This document shows, piece by piece, positions 45,317 through 58,041 of a stretch of DNA of 64,000 nucleotides; positions within the stretch are counted from its first letter, which is position 1, and each line of letters starts with the position of its first letter. The notes below the pieces were generated by a model that searched no databases, was not told where the DNA came from, and was given only the letters and a program-made list of their open reading frames with translations. The position numbers and the translations under genes were made by a program. Source of the stretch: an uncultured Gammaproteobacteria bacterium (GTDB taxonomy: Bacteria; Pseudomonadota; Gammaproteobacteria; UBA9214). The stretch is taken from NCBI GenBank assembly GCA_963748215.1, contig CAVVHS010000002.1, forward strand, positions 160,001-224,000. The letters run 5' to 3'.

Positions 45317-45695
45317 AATCTAAGGTTCTCCCTAATTTTATATAAATATCTATATCCATAACATATTGTTTACTCGAAGTAATTCCCGATTCGCTCCCGG
45401 CCCGGGTCTATTCAGGGAAAACACATAATTTAACCGGGGAAATACCTGGAAAACCGGGAAATCAGCCCGCCGTGACCGAGTCTCAGGCACACGCCACGCG
45501 GGTTTCACACAATATTTTCAATATAATCATATTGATATATTATTTACAGAATAATATAAATTTGGTCATTCGAATAATAATTGCAGACGCGCCGCGCACT
45601 GTACGGTATGCATGAATAACGGTCAACCGGAAATTTTGTGCCCGCTCTATTTTTATTCACTCAGGGCAGAAAACCGGGCCGAGTACCCCGCAGCA

Positions 45696-47051
45696 TTATT
45701 TGCCGATGCAGAAGCTGCTGAAGATCATCCCCAGCAGGTCATCGCTGCTGACCTCGCCGGTGATTTCGCCCAGCACCTGCTGGGCGGTGCGCAGTTCTTC
45801 CGCCAGCAACTCGCCGGCATGCTGTTCCTCGAGTTGCCGCACGCCGTCCAGCACATGCGCCCGGGCACGCTCCAGGGCATCGAGGTGGCGGCGGCGGGCG
45901 CTGAATTCGCCTTCACCCGACCCGGAAAACCCGGCGACCTGCCGAAGGTGGGCACGCAGGTCGTCGAGGCCGGCCCCGCTGAGCAGCGACAGGGAGACGG
46001 CTGCCTGTCCGTCCGCCTCGAACGGTCCAGGCGGTCGGCCACTCAGGTCCGCCTTGTTATGGATGCGGGTATGCGGCACCCCGGCCGGCAGGCCGGCGAG
46101 GATGGCGGCATCGGCGGCTGTGAAACCGGCCTGGTCGTCGATCACCAGCAGCACGCGGTCGGCCTGCGCCATGGCCTGCCGGGCACGCTGCATGCCTGCC
46201 TGTTCGACCGGGTCGGTGCTGTCGTGCAGCCCCGCGGTATCGATGAGGTGCAGCGGCATGCCGTCGAGCTGGATCTGTTCGCGCAACACATCGCGGGTGG
46301 TGCCCGGGATCGCGGTCACGATGGCGGACTCGCGTTCCGACAGGGCATTCAGCAGGCTGGACTTGCCGGCGTTCGGGCGACCCGCGATGACCAGGGTCAG
46401 CCCGTCGCGCAACAGCCGGCCCTGGCGCGCGCGTGCCAGCAGTTCGTCGAGCGCCGCACGCAGCGCCTGCAAGCCCTGCTGCAGGCCACTGTCCGAGAGA
46501 AAGTCGATTTCCTCTTCCGGAAAATCGATAGCCGACTCGACGTACATGCGCAACTGCGTCAGCTGTGCGGTGAGGGCGTGGACCTGGCGGGAAAACTCGC
46601 CCTGCAGGGAACGTACCGCGGCGCGCGCGGCCTGGGCGGTGCCGCTTTCGATCAGGTCCGCGATCGCCTCGGCCTGGACCAGGTCGAGCTTGTCGTTGAG
46701 AAAGGCGCGTTCGGAGAATTCACCGGCACGTGCGGCACGTGCGCCGAGTTGCAGCACGCGTGCCAGCAACAGGTCGAGCACCACCGGACCGCCGTGGCCG
46801 TGCAGCTCCAGCACAGGCTCGCCGGTGAAGGAGGCGGGCGCGGCGAAATACAGCGCGAGCCCGGTATCGATCAGCGTGCCATCGGCATCGCGGAAATCGC
46901 GCAGCACGGCCCGGCGCGGTGCCGGCAGGCTGCCGAGCAACCGGCGTGCGATGTCCGGCACGTTCGGTCCGGACAGGCGCACGATACCGACGCCGCCCGG
47001 GCCGGGTGGTGTGGCAATAGCGGCAATGGTATCCGGCGCGGCACGTGGCAT
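45696..47051 (-). CDS. mnmE: tRNA modification GTPase MnmE
   Basis: [30 protein letters not shown] motifs and FCIGK terminus. Confidence 0.97.
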   Translation of the reverse strand: MPRAAPDTIAAIATPPGPGGVGIVRLSGPNVPDIARRLLGSLPAPRRAVLRDFRDADGTLIDTGLALYFAAPASFTGEPVLELHGHGGPVVLDLLLARVLQLGARAARAGEFSERAFLNDKLDLVQAEAIADLIESGTAQAARAAVRSLQGEFSRQVHALTAQLTQLRMYVESAIDFPEEEIDFLSDSGLQQGLQALRAALDELLARARQGRLLRDGLTLVIAGRPNAGKSSLLNALSERESAIVTAIPGTTRDVLREQIQLDGMPLHLIDTAGLHDSTDPVEQAGMQRARQAMAQADRVLLVIDDQAGFTAADAAILAGLPAGVPHTRIHNKADLSGRPPGPFEADGQAAVSLSLLSGAGLDDLRAHLRQVAGFSGSGEGEFSARRRHLDALERARAHVLDGVRQLEEQHAGELLAEELRTAQQVLGEITGEVSSDDLLGMIFSSFCIGK

Positions 47052-47085
47052 CGCGATGAGGTTCGGCCGGTGTGGCTGCTGCGGC

Positions 47086-48741
47086 TTATTTACCGCCGCG
47101 CTCGATGCGCCGGGTGATCATCCATTGCTGGGCGATGGACAGGGTGTTGTTGACCACCCAGTACAGCACCAGGCCGGACGGGAAGAAGGCGAAGAACACG
47201 GTGAACACGACCGGCAGCACCATCATCACCTTGGCCTGGATCGGGTCCATGGGCGCCGGATTCAGCTTCTGCTGGATGAACATGGTCGCGCCCATCAGCA
47301 GCGGCAGGACATAGTAGGGATCCGGTGCCGACAGGTTATTCATCCACAGCATGAACGGTGCCTGGCGCAGCTCGACACTCTCCAGCAACATCCAGTACAG
47401 CGCGATGAACACCGGGATCTGCACCACGATCGGCAGGCAGCCGCCGAGCGGGTTGATCTTCTCTTTCTTGTACATCTCCATCATCGCCTGGTTGAGTTTC
47501 TGCCGGTCGTCGCCGTAGCGTTCCTTGAGCGACTGCAGGCGCGGCGCCAGCTTGCGCATGTTGGCCATCGAGCGGTAACTGGTTTCGGACAGCTTGTAGA
47601 ATGCGAGCTTGATCAGCATCGTGACCAGCACGATTGACCAGCCCCAGTTGCCGATCATATTGTGAATGGTCTTCAGCAACCAGAACAGCGGCTGTGCCAG
47701 GAAGGTGAGGCGGCCATAGTCGACCGTCAGCTCCAGACCGGGGGCAACCTGTTTCATCTCGTCCTGCAGCTTCGGACCGAGAAACAGCTGCGTACCGAAC
47801 AACGTGCGCTCGCCGGCCGCTACCGTGCGCGGCGGTGAAATGAGGCCGATGACATAGCGCGCGCTACTGAGACTCTTGGTGTAGTAGTGTTCGGCCACGG
47901 CGCGTTCCGGGATCATCGCACCGAGAAAATAATGCTGCAGCATGGCGGCCCAGCCATCGGTAATGGTGCGGTCGAGATCCTGTTCCTGCATTTCCTCGAA
48001 CTTGATCTTTTCGTATTTCTCTTCCGGGCTGTAGATCACACCGCCCATGTAGGTGTAGATGAAGGTGCTCTGGCCGGTCTCCGCCACCTGCGTGCGTTGC
48101 AGCTGCCGGTATTGCCGCCCGCTCCATTCGCTGCCACTCTTGTTGACGACCTCGTGTTCGAGATCGACGACGTGGCTGCCACGATGGAAGGTGTAGCGCT
48201 TGATCACCGTCACGCCGTCGTCGCTGCGCCAGACCAGCGGAACCTGCAGGGTATCCGCGCCGTCGGCCATGCGATAGCTGGCCTGTTCCACGTTGAAGAT
48301 GGCGTGATGGGTCGGTTCCTCGCCTGCCGAGGTACGCAGACCGGATTGCAGGATGAACAGGTTCGGCAGGCTGTCGTTCATCAGGCGGAAAGGCGGGGAG
48401 TCGGGTGCGGTGGTCGCCTTGTAGTCGAGCAGGTCGAGCTGGCGCAGATCGCCGCCCGTGGTGTCGATCACGGCCCGGAACAGATCGGTTTCCACCACGA
48501 CCTGCGCGGCGGCTTTCAGCAAACCGGTTTCCACCAGCGCGCTTTCTGCCACGACGGCAGTCTCATGCGGTGCACCGGGCAGGTCATCACCGCCGGCCGG
48601 GGATTCGGCAACGGCCGGTTCGCCAAGCTGCGCGGTGGCGGCCGGCTCGGGCGCCGGCCCGTAGTCTTTCATCCAGGCCTGCCACAACAGCAGCGCCACG
48701 AAGGACAACGCGACGAACAATATCAGGCGCTGGTTATCCAT
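47086..48741 (-). CDS. yidC: Membrane protein insertase YidC
   Basis: [24 protein letters not shown] and FPSGLVLYW motifs. Confidence 0.97.
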   Translation of the reverse strand: MDNQRLILFVALSFVALLLWQAWMKDYGPAPEPAATAQLGEPAVAESPAGGDDLPGAPHETAVVAESALVETGLLKAAAQVVVETDLFRAVIDTTGGDLRQLDLLDYKATTAPDSPPFRLMNDSLPNLFILQSGLRTSAGEEPTHHAIFNVEQASYRMADGADTLQVPLVWRSDDGVTVIKRYTFHRGSHVVDLEHEVVNKSGSEWSGRQYRQLQRTQVAETGQSTFIYTYMGGVIYSPEEKYEKIKFEEMQEQDLDRTITDGWAAMLQHYFLGAMIPERAVAEHYYTKSLSSARYVIGLISPPRTVAAGERTLFGTQLFLGPKLQDEMKQVAPGLELTVDYGRLTFLAQPLFWLLKTIHNMIGNWGWSIVLVTMLIKLAFYKLSETSYRSMANMRKLAPRLQSLKERYGDDRQKLNQAMMEMYKKEKINPLGGCLPIVVQIPVFIALYWMLLESVELRQAPFMLWMNNLSAPDPYYVLPLLMGATMFIQQKLNPAPMDPIQAKVMMVLPVVFTVFFAFFPSGLVLYWVVNNTLSIAQQWMITRRIERGGK

Positions 48742-48970
48742 GACTGTGACGGTGCTCCGTATCAGGTACCGGGTCGATGCCGCCAGGGTGCCAGGGGTGG
48801 CAGCGCAGCAGGCGCCGCAGTGCCAGGCCGGTGCCGCGCAGTGCACCATGGCGCTCGATGGCGGTCAGGGCGTAACTGGAACAACTGGGATAAAAGCGGC
48901 AGTGGCTGCCCAGCCACGGGCTGAGCAGGTACTGATAACCCCTGATCAGTTTGATAATGAGCCAGCGCAT
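48734..48970 (-). CDS. yidD: Membrane protein insertion efficiency factor YidD
   Basis: CRFYPSCS and [14 protein letters not shown] motifs. Confidence 0.94.
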   Translation of the reverse strand: MRWLIIKLIRGYQYLLSPWLGSHCRFYPSCSSYALTAIERHGALRGTGLALRRLLRCHPWHPGGIDPVPDTEHRHSHG

Positions 48971-49323
48971 GATTGAATCAACTGTGTCCAGAGCTTTTCC
49001 ATTGCCGTTGCAAGCGCCAGCGTGGACTGGCCGGCCACATCGTTGCGTCCAAGCACCACGATATCGAGGGCGCCGAGTTCCGGCTGGCGATGCCGAAAAC
49101 TTTCTCTCACCACCCGCTTGATGCGGTTGCGTGCCACCGCGTGCCTGGCGACCTTGCGCGAGATCGCGAGTCCCAGCCGCGGATGATCAAGCGTGTTCGC
49201 GACTGCCAGTACCGTCAGCCAGCGATTGACTGCCTTGCACTGGCAATGCTTGAAAACACGCTGGTAGTCGGCCGGTTCGGTGAGTCGTACCCGTCTGGAA
49301 AAACCGCGCGAGCCCGGGCACAA
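48946..49323 (-). CDS. rnpA: Ribonuclease P protein component
   Basis: RLGLAISRK and [16 protein letters not shown] motifs; TTG start inferred. Confidence 0.93.
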   Translation of the reverse strand: MCPGSRGFSRRVRLTEPADYQRVFKHCQCKAVNRWLTVLAVANTLDHPRLGLAISRKVARHAVARNRIKRVVRESFRHRQPELGALDIVVLGRNDVAGQSTLALATAMEKLWTQLIQSCAGSLSN

Positions 49324-49333
49324 GGTAATGCAG

Positions 49334-49468
49334 TCAGACTGACAGCCGCGCCCGGCCCTTCGCGCGCCGGGCATTGATAATACGCCGGCCGTTCTTGGTA
49401 CTCATGCGCGCACGAAAACCGTGTGTACGCTTGCGCTTCAGGTTGCTGGGTTGATAGGTTCTTTTCAT
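49334..49468 (-). CDS. rpmH: 50S ribosomal protein L34 (not in the ORF track)
   Basis: Manual translation: [44 protein letters not shown]. Confidence 0.97.
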   Translation of the reverse strand: MKRTYQPSNLKRKRTHGFRARMSTKNGRRIINARRAKGRARLSV

Positions 49469-49589
49469 GGCACGTCACGTCATGCTTGTTTGATAACCAC
49501 ACCCGTATGAGGGCGTGAAAGGGCGCAAAGGGTACTGTCAGCCGGGCTTAAATGTCAACTGCCAGGCGACTCAGGCACTTGGCCCGGGG

Positions 49590-49598
49590 TGTGGATAA
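49590..49598 (-). promoter_or_regulatory. DnaA box upstream of dnaA
   Basis: Perfect TTATCCACA on the minus strand. Confidence 0.8.
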
Positions 49599-49663
49599 CT
49601 TGATACGACAGGTATAGACTCCCCACCCTGCGAAAACAGCTGGATTACCGAGGGGGGAGCAAG

Positions 49664-51007
49664 GTGGAAGTTACGCTCTGGCAAAAATGCCTGGTTCGAC
49701 TCGAACACGATCTGCCCGAGCAACAATTCAACACCTGGATACGCCCCCTGCATGCCATTGAAAACGGCGAGAATCTGCGCCTGCTGGCACCCAACCAGTT
49801 CGTCCTCGACTGGGTAAGAAAACACCACTTCGAGACCATTTCCCAGACCCTGCACGAGATCGGCCCGGGCAATGAAACCCACCTGCAGCTCGACATCGGC
49901 AGCAGCAAGAAGATCAGCATCAAAACCCCGGTGACGCCGGCCGCCCCGGCGAGCCCCGCCCCCCAGCCGGCCGCGCCCGTCCAGCACAAGAGCAACCTGA
50001 ATCCGGATTTCACCTTCGAGAGCTTCGTCGGCGGCAAGTCCAACCAGCTCGCCCGCGCCGCGTCCATCCAGGTCGGGGAAAATCCCGGCAGTGCCTATAA
50101 CCCGCTGTTCATCTACGGCGGTGTCGGGCTGGGCAAGACCCACCTCATGCACGCCGTCGGCAACATGATCCTGCAAAACAAGCCGGACGCGCGGGTCGTC
50201 TACCTGCACTCCGAGCGTTTCGTCCAGGACATGGTGCAGGCGCTGCAGCACAACGCCATCAACGATTTCAAGCGCTTCTACCGCAACGTCGATGCGCTGC
50301 TCATTGACGATATCCAGTTCTTCGCCAGGAAAGAGCGCTCCCAGGAAGAATTCTTCCATACATTCAATGCCTTGCTTGAAGGCCAGCAACAGGTGATCCT
50401 GACCTGCGACCGCTATCCGAAGGAGGTCGACGGGCTGGAAGACCGCCTCAAGTCGCGCTTCGGCTGGGGCCTGACGGCCGCCATCGAGCCGGCCGAACTC
50501 GAGACGCGGGTGGCGATCCTCATGAGCAAGGCCAGCCAGGTCAATGTCGAGCTGCCTTCGGATGTTGCGTTTTTCATCGCCAAGCGCATCCAGTCCAACA
50601 TTCGCGAGCTGGAGGGCGCCTTGCGCCGCGTTCTCGCCAGTGCGCGCTTCACCGGGCAAACCGTCACCCTGGATCTCACCCGTGAGGCGCTCCGCGACCT
50701 GCTCGCGTTACAGGACAAACTGGTGACGATCAGCAATATCCAGAAGGTGGTTGTCGAGTATTACAAGATCAGGATCGCGGACCTGTCCTCGGCACGCCGC
50801 AGCCGCACCATTACGCGTCCGCGCCAGATCGCCATGTCCCTGGCCAAGGAACTGACCACGCACAGCCTGCCGGAAATCGGCCAGGCGTTTGGCGGACGCG
50901 ATCACACGACGGTGCTGCACGCCTGCCGCAAGGTGAAGGAATTGCGTGCAACCGATAATCGTATCAACGAGGATTACAACAACCTGTTGAGAACTCTGAC
51001 AGCATAA
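49664..51007 (+). CDS. dnaA: Chromosomal replication initiator DnaA
   Basis: [31 protein letters not shown] and [11 protein letters not shown] motifs. Confidence 0.98.
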   Translation: MEVTLWQKCLVRLEHDLPEQQFNTWIRPLHAIENGENLRLLAPNQFVLDWVRKHHFETISQTLHEIGPGNETHLQLDIGSSKKISIKTPVTPAAPASPAPQPAAPVQHKSNLNPDFTFESFVGGKSNQLARAASIQVGENPGSAYNPLFIYGGVGLGKTHLMHAVGNMILQNKPDARVVYLHSERFVQDMVQALQHNAINDFKRFYRNVDALLIDDIQFFARKERSQEEFFHTFNALLEGQQQVILTCDRYPKEVDGLEDRLKSRFGWGLTAAIEPAELETRVAILMSKASQVNVELPSDVAFFIAKRIQSNIRELEGALRRVLASARFTGQTVTLDLTREALRDLLALQDKLVTISNIQKVVVEYYKIRIADLSSARRSRTITRPRQIAMSLAKELTTHSLPEIGQAFGGRDHTTVLHACRKVKELRATDNRINEDYNNLLRTLTA

Positions 51008-51218
51008 GCTGAAAAAACTGTGGATAAATTTTCAGCCGGTATTTATTCCCATTTTGTCCACAGGCGCCACACAGGACTTACGGCGACTGGCATTACAGTT
51101 ATCAATTCATCAGGTAACTGATAAGCAAGGCGGGAAACAGCTTATCAACAGATATCGTGTCTACTAACAATGAACATAGTAAATATTTAACTTAAAGATT
51201 AATTAAAGATATTTAAAT
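51008..51218. other. Putative oriC in the dnaA-dnaN intergenic region
   Basis: DnaA boxes TGTGGATAA (51019-51027), TTGTCCACA (51054-51062) and TTATCAACA (51142-51150), then a trio-like CTACTAACAA and an AT-rich unwinding tract. Confidence 0.78.
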
Positions 51219-52319
51219 ATGAAATTCACGATACAAAGAGAAGCCTTTCTCAAACCGCTCCAGCAGGTGATCGGCGTTGTGGAACGTCGACAGACATTAC
51301 CGGTACTCGGTAACGTACTGGTGAATGCAACGAAGAAAAGCATCAAGCTTACGGCCACCGACCTGGAAGTCGAATTGCAGGCACAGATTGCCACACCGGT
51401 TACCGAGACCGGTGACATCACACTGCCGGCACGCAAGCTGCTCGATATCTGCCGCACATTGCCTGAAGCAGCGGAACTGGATATCTCGGTCAAGAACGAA
51501 CGTGCGCTGGTGCGTTCCGGGAAAAGCCGTTTCACGTTGTCGACATTGCCGGCCAGTGAATTTCCCGTCATCGACAAGATCAAGAGCGCACGCAAGTTTG
51601 CGATGCAGCAAAACGATTTGCATACACTGATCGAACGTACCGCGTTTGCCATGGCGCAGCAGGATGTCCGCTATTACCTGAACGGTCTCATGCTGGAACC
51701 GGGCGGCAATGTATTGCGCGCCGTGGCCACCGATGGTCATCGACTCGCGATGTGCGAGATAGCGGTCGACGTCGGGGGCGGTGACGAGCAGCAGGTCATC
51801 GTCCCGCGCAAGGGCATCCAGGAACTGCACCGCCTGCTCGACGACAGCGACAGCAGCCTGCAGCTCGAACTCGGTTCCAACCATATCCGCATCACCACCG
51901 ACGATCTGCGCTTTACCTCGAAACTGATTGACGGCCGTTTCCCGGATTACCAGCGCGTGATCCCCAAGAATGCCGACAAGCAGCTGCTCGTCAATCGCGA
52001 CCTGTTGCGTCAGGCCTTGACCCGGACGTCCATCCTGTCCAACGAGAAATACCGTGGGATTCGTCTGGATATTTCAGAAAATAATATTAAAATTCAAGCA
52101 CATAACCCTGAGCAGGAAGAGGCAATCGAGGAAATCGATGCCACTTACAGCAACGAAAACCTGGTGGTCGGTTTCAATGTGACCTATGTGCTGGACGTGC
52201 TGAACGTGCTGGATTCCGATCAGGTCGAAATCCATCTGAGTGATGCCAACAGCAGCGCGCTGATCAATCAGCCGGGCACGGAAGATTGCCGCTACGTCGT
52301 CATGCCCATGCGGCTGTAG
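51219..52319 (+). CDS. dnaN: DNA polymerase III beta clamp
   Basis: ATDLEVE, QDVRYYLNG, ATDGHRL and VVMPMRL motifs. Confidence 0.98.
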   Translation: MKFTIQREAFLKPLQQVIGVVERRQTLPVLGNVLVNATKKSIKLTATDLEVELQAQIATPVTETGDITLPARKLLDICRTLPEAAELDISVKNERALVRSGKSRFTLSTLPASEFPVIDKIKSARKFAMQQNDLHTLIERTAFAMAQQDVRYYLNGLMLEPGGNVLRAVATDGHRLAMCEIAVDVGGGDEQQVIVPRKGIQELHRLLDDSDSSLQLELGSNHIRITTDDLRFTSKLIDGRFPDYQRVIPKNADKQLLVNRDLLRQALTRTSILSNEKYRGIRLDISENNIKIQAHNPEQEEAIEEIDATYSNENLVVGFNVTYVLDVLNVLDSDQVEIHLSDANSSALINQPGTEDCRYVVMPMRL

Positions 52320-52330
52320 CGGGACAGGCA

Positions 52331-53458
52331 TTGACGTACGAGCAGCCCCTGTCTGCCAGTCAGGCATCCGAACGTTATCGCGGGCTGCAATCCCTCGAGA
52401 TCCTCAACTTCAGGAACATCCAGTCAGCACAACTGGCTTTCACGCACGGCCTGAACCTGATCCGTGGTCACAATGCTTCCGGGAAGACCAGTCTGCTGGA
52501 AGCGATCTATACCCTGGGGCGTGTCCGTTCGTTTCGTACCCATTCCGCCCGGGAGACGATCCGCTACGGACAACCGGCCTTTCGACTGGTGGGACGGATT
52601 ACCGGTGCGGCCGGGCATTCCGTACCCGTGGGTATCGAACGGGGCAGCGAATCGCTGCAGGTACACCTGGGCGGTGAACCGATCCGGCGCCTGTCGGACC
52701 TGGCCGGCTTTTTTCCGGTACAGATTCTCAGCAGCGATACCTCGACCCTGTTCAATGGTGGTCCGCGTTACCGGCGCCATGTGCTGGACTGGGCGCTGTT
52801 TCACGTGGAACAGGGTTACCGGGAGGTATGGCAGCGCTATTCGCGAATACTGAAACAGCGCAATGCGGCGCTGCGCAGCCGCGCACGTCCGGCACTGATC
52901 ACGGTGTGGGATGCTGAACTTGTCGAAGCAGCGGCCACGATCGATCGCTTGCGACGCGCCTATCTCGACCGTTTTTCGGTATTGCTGGCCGAGGAGCTGC
53001 GTTCCCTGTTGCCGGACAGCACGCCGGAACTGATTTACAGCTCCGGCTGGCCGGCGGCCACAACGCTGTCCGAGGCCTTGGGGACTGCCCTGGAAAAGGA
53101 CCGTGGCCAGGGTTATACCCGCCATGGCGTGCACCGGGCCGATTTCAGGCTGCTGATCGACGAGCGGGATGTCACCACGCATTGTTCGCGCGGGCAACAG
53201 AAGTCCGTGCTGGTGGGTTTCATGCTTGCCCAGGTACGCCTGCAACAGGAGCGCGCCTGCCCGGCGGGCGCATTTCTACTGGATGACCTGACCAGTGAAC
53301 TGGACCAGTCCAATCAGCAGCGGGTATTGCAGGCACTGCGCGAACTCGATGCCCAGGTATTCGTCACGGCCATCACTGGCGAGCCCGTCGAGACGGCCGG
53401 CTGGGATGAGTATCGGGAGTTTCACGTGGAACATGGCGCGATTCAGGAAGTGCTATAA
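52331..53458 (+). CDS. recF: DNA replication/repair protein RecF
   Basis: GHNASGKTSLLEAI, GVHRAD, SRGQQK and LLDDLTSELD motifs; start approximate. Confidence 0.95.
   Translation: MTYEQPLSASQASERYRGLQSLEILNFRNIQSAQLAFTHGLNLIRGHNASGKTSLLEAIYTLGRVRSFRTHSARETIRYGQPAFRLVGRITGAAGHSVPVGIERGSESLQVHLGGEPIRRLSDLAGFFPVQILSSDTSTLFNGGPRYRRHVLDWALFHVEQGYREVWQRYSRILKQRNAALRSRARPALITVWDAELVEAAATIDRLRRAYLDRFSVLLAEELRSLLPDSTPELIYSSGWPAATTLSEALGTALEKDRGQGYTRHGVHRADFRLLIDERDVTTHCSRGQQKSVLVGFMLAQVRLQQERACPAGAFLLDDLTSELDQSNQQRVLQALRELDAQVFVTAITGEPVETAGWDEYREFHVEHGAIQEVL
52797..52812. promoter_or_regulatory. parS site 1 (within recF)
   Basis: TGTTTCACGTGGAACA matches the parS consensus TGTTNCACGTGAAACA. Confidence 0.85.
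53418..53433. promoter_or_regulatory. parS site 2 (3' end of recF)
   Basis: AGTTTCACGTGGAACA. Confidence 0.8.
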
Positions 53459-53475
53459 TGCCACGCTTACCTTAA

Positions 53476-55905
<2,430 letters not shown>

Positions 55906-56284
55906 CCGGCATTCTCACGGGTATCCATTAAGCCCGGCGCGCCTGCAACGCTCGCCACCCGGCCAGGGTGCAGGTTAATGACATGTATCGGTGCGAACGG
56001 GTAAACCCGCTGTTTTGATCACCTGTGAAGGTTGGTGTAACAGCCATGAAAATGGCTGCTATTTTCTATATGTGATCTCAAAATATTTTTAACTAATTGT
56101 TGTTTATATTTATTATTTTGATGTAATGCATATTTATATTGTATGCATTATTTTTATACTAATACTCATATCTATAACAACATGAAGTAGTCAGCGTCGA
56201 ATACAGCTTCACGTCGCCTTGATGCGATTCGCCAGGATCTGCGGGATTCGCCAAACGCCACCTGGGCGTCACGCATACCCGGTG

Positions 56285-57034
56285 TCACTTGAGCGTGGTG
56301 ATCTCCGACATGCGGTCCTCGATCCAGCCGGCGGCCTCGTCCAGCAGTTGCTGGGCCGATTTGCCGTCGCTTTCGATCGGCTTGCCGATGCGCACCTGGA
56401 TAACGCCGGGGCGTTTGATGAAACTGCGGCGCGACCAGTATTCACCGGCATTGTGGGCGACCGGCACAATGGGGTAGCCGCTCTGTTGCGCGAGAATGGC
56501 GCCACCGACCCGGTACTGACCCTTCTGGCCCGGCGGGATGCGGGTGCCTTCCGGGAAGATGACGATCCAGATGCCTTCGTCGAGGCGTGCCTTGCCCTCG
56601 GTGACCAGCTGCCGGATGGCGGCGCGTCCGCTGCCGCGCTGGATGGCGATGCATTTCATCAGGGCGAGTCCCCAGCCAAAAAAGGGTATCCACATCAGCT
56701 CACGCTTGGCGACCCAGACCTGCAGGGGAAAGATCTGCTGCAGGGCGATGGTTTCCCAGGTCGACTGGTGCTTGGCGAACACGATGGCGGCACCGGTCGG
56801 GATATTCCCGCTGCCTGTGACCTCATAGGTCAGGCGACATGAAACCTTCAGCCACCAGAGTATGAAATTCACCCAGGTCTGCAGCAGCCGCCAGCGCGTG
56901 GCCAGGGAGAAGGGAAACGTGAACAGCAGCAGCACGGCATAGATCACGATCGAGACCGGAAAAACGATCCAGAAGGCGAGCGAGCGCAGCCACAGGATCG
57001 GGTAGGCTTCGGTGGCGGTGTTGTCAGCAGGCAT
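56285..57034 (-). CDS. 1-acyl-sn-glycerol-3-phosphate acyltransferase (PlsC-like)
   Basis: KHQSTWET, AKREL, IFPEGTR and IVPVA motifs. Confidence 0.9.
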   Translation of the reverse strand: MPADNTATEAYPILWLRSLAFWIVFPVSIVIYAVLLLFTFPFSLATRWRLLQTWVNFILWWLKVSCRLTYEVTGSGNIPTGAAIVFAKHQSTWETIALQQIFPLQVWVAKRELMWIPFFGWGLALMKCIAIQRGSGRAAIRQLVTEGKARLDEGIWIVIFPEGTRIPPGQKGQYRVGGAILAQQSGYPIVPVAHNAGEYWSRRSFIKRPGVIQVRIGKPIESDGKSAQQLLDEAAGWIEDRMSEITTLK

Positions 57035-57039
57035 GGCGT

Positions 57040-57585
57040 TCAGGGTTGCGAATGACCGAGCAGTGCGTCGACTGCGCAGTACAAGTCATCGTATACCGGA
57101 ATGTCGTGTTCCAGTTGCGGAGAACCGACCGTGCCGAAGCCCTTGCCGGTCTTCACCAGCATGGGTTGCGCGCCGGCGCTGCGTGCAGCGCGGATATCAT
57201 GCAGTGAATCCCCGATGGCAGGTACGTCGTCGAGGCGGCTGCGCAAGCGGCTCGCGATATCCAGCAACAGGCCCGGTTGCGGCTTGTGACAGTGGCAACC
57301 CGCCTGAGGGGCATGCGGGCAGAAAAACACGGCATCGATCTTGCCGCCCGATTCCGCCACGCGACGCAGCATGGTCTCGTTGATACGCGCCAGTGTATCG
57401 AGGCCGAGCTGGCCGCTGGCGATGGCTGGCTCGTTCATGGCGACCACCACACGCCAGCCGGCACGATGCAGGCGCGCAATGGCCTCCAGGCTGCCGCGAA
57501 TCGGTTTCCAGTCTGAAGGCGTGGCAATACAACCATCCTGTTCTTCATTGATGACGCCGTCGCGGTCGAGAATGGCGAGCTGCAT
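57040..57585 (-). CDS. gmhB: GmhB-like HAD phosphatase with divergent motifs
   Basis: LDRDGVIN, CPH...CHC.KP.PG and IGDS..D motifs; glyS-gmhB-plsC synteny. Confidence 0.8.
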   Translation of the reverse strand: MQLAILDRDGVINEEQDGCIATPSDWKPIRGSLEAIARLHRAGWRVVVAMNEPAIASGQLGLDTLARINETMLRRVAESGGKIDAVFFCPHAPQAGCHCHKPQPGLLLDIASRLRSRLDDVPAIGDSLHDIRAARSAGAQPMLVKTGKGFGTVGSPQLEHDIPVYDDLYCAVDALLGHSQP

Positions 57586-57926
57586 CAGGTGTCCCTGAAT
57601 TCCGACACGCGGATGCGGCCGTTGATCATGCGGGACTCGCGCATGTCGAGTTTTTCCATCTTGTCCCAGAAGGCGGCGGCCAGATCGAAATCCACGGCGA
57701 TGGCGGTTCCGATCAGCAGGATGAACAGGTCTGCGCATTCTTCTGCGAGCTTGTCGCGGTCCTTGCCCTTGGTGACGCAGGCAGAGATCTCGCCGAGCTC
57801 CTCGGTCATCAGCGCGACGCGGTAGGCCAGTTCCTCGCCGCCGGTATTCCGGAAATCATGCTTGTCGTGAAAGGCCTGAACGGCGGCGAGCATCTGGCGA
57901 TAGGAATCGGTGTCGGTCATGGTCAT
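57585..57926 (-). CDS. MazG-like nucleotide pyrophosphohydrolase
   Basis: EELGE...LAEECAD (ExxE/ExxD) all-alpha motif. Confidence 0.82.
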   Translation of the reverse strand: MTMTDTDSYRQMLAAVQAFHDKHDFRNTGGEELAYRVALMTEELGEISACVTKGKDRDKLAEECADLFILLIGTAIAVDFDLAAAFWDKMEKLDMRESRMINGRIRVSEFRDT

Positions 57927-58041
57927 GCACTCTCCGGTAATCGTTTGCAACAACCCGGTTGCCGGTGCTGGCGATACGCAGCGGTTGTTGCCTGTCGGTC
58001 GCTGTCGGTTGATGCCTGTGCGAGTCGTCATGTGCGTTTGC

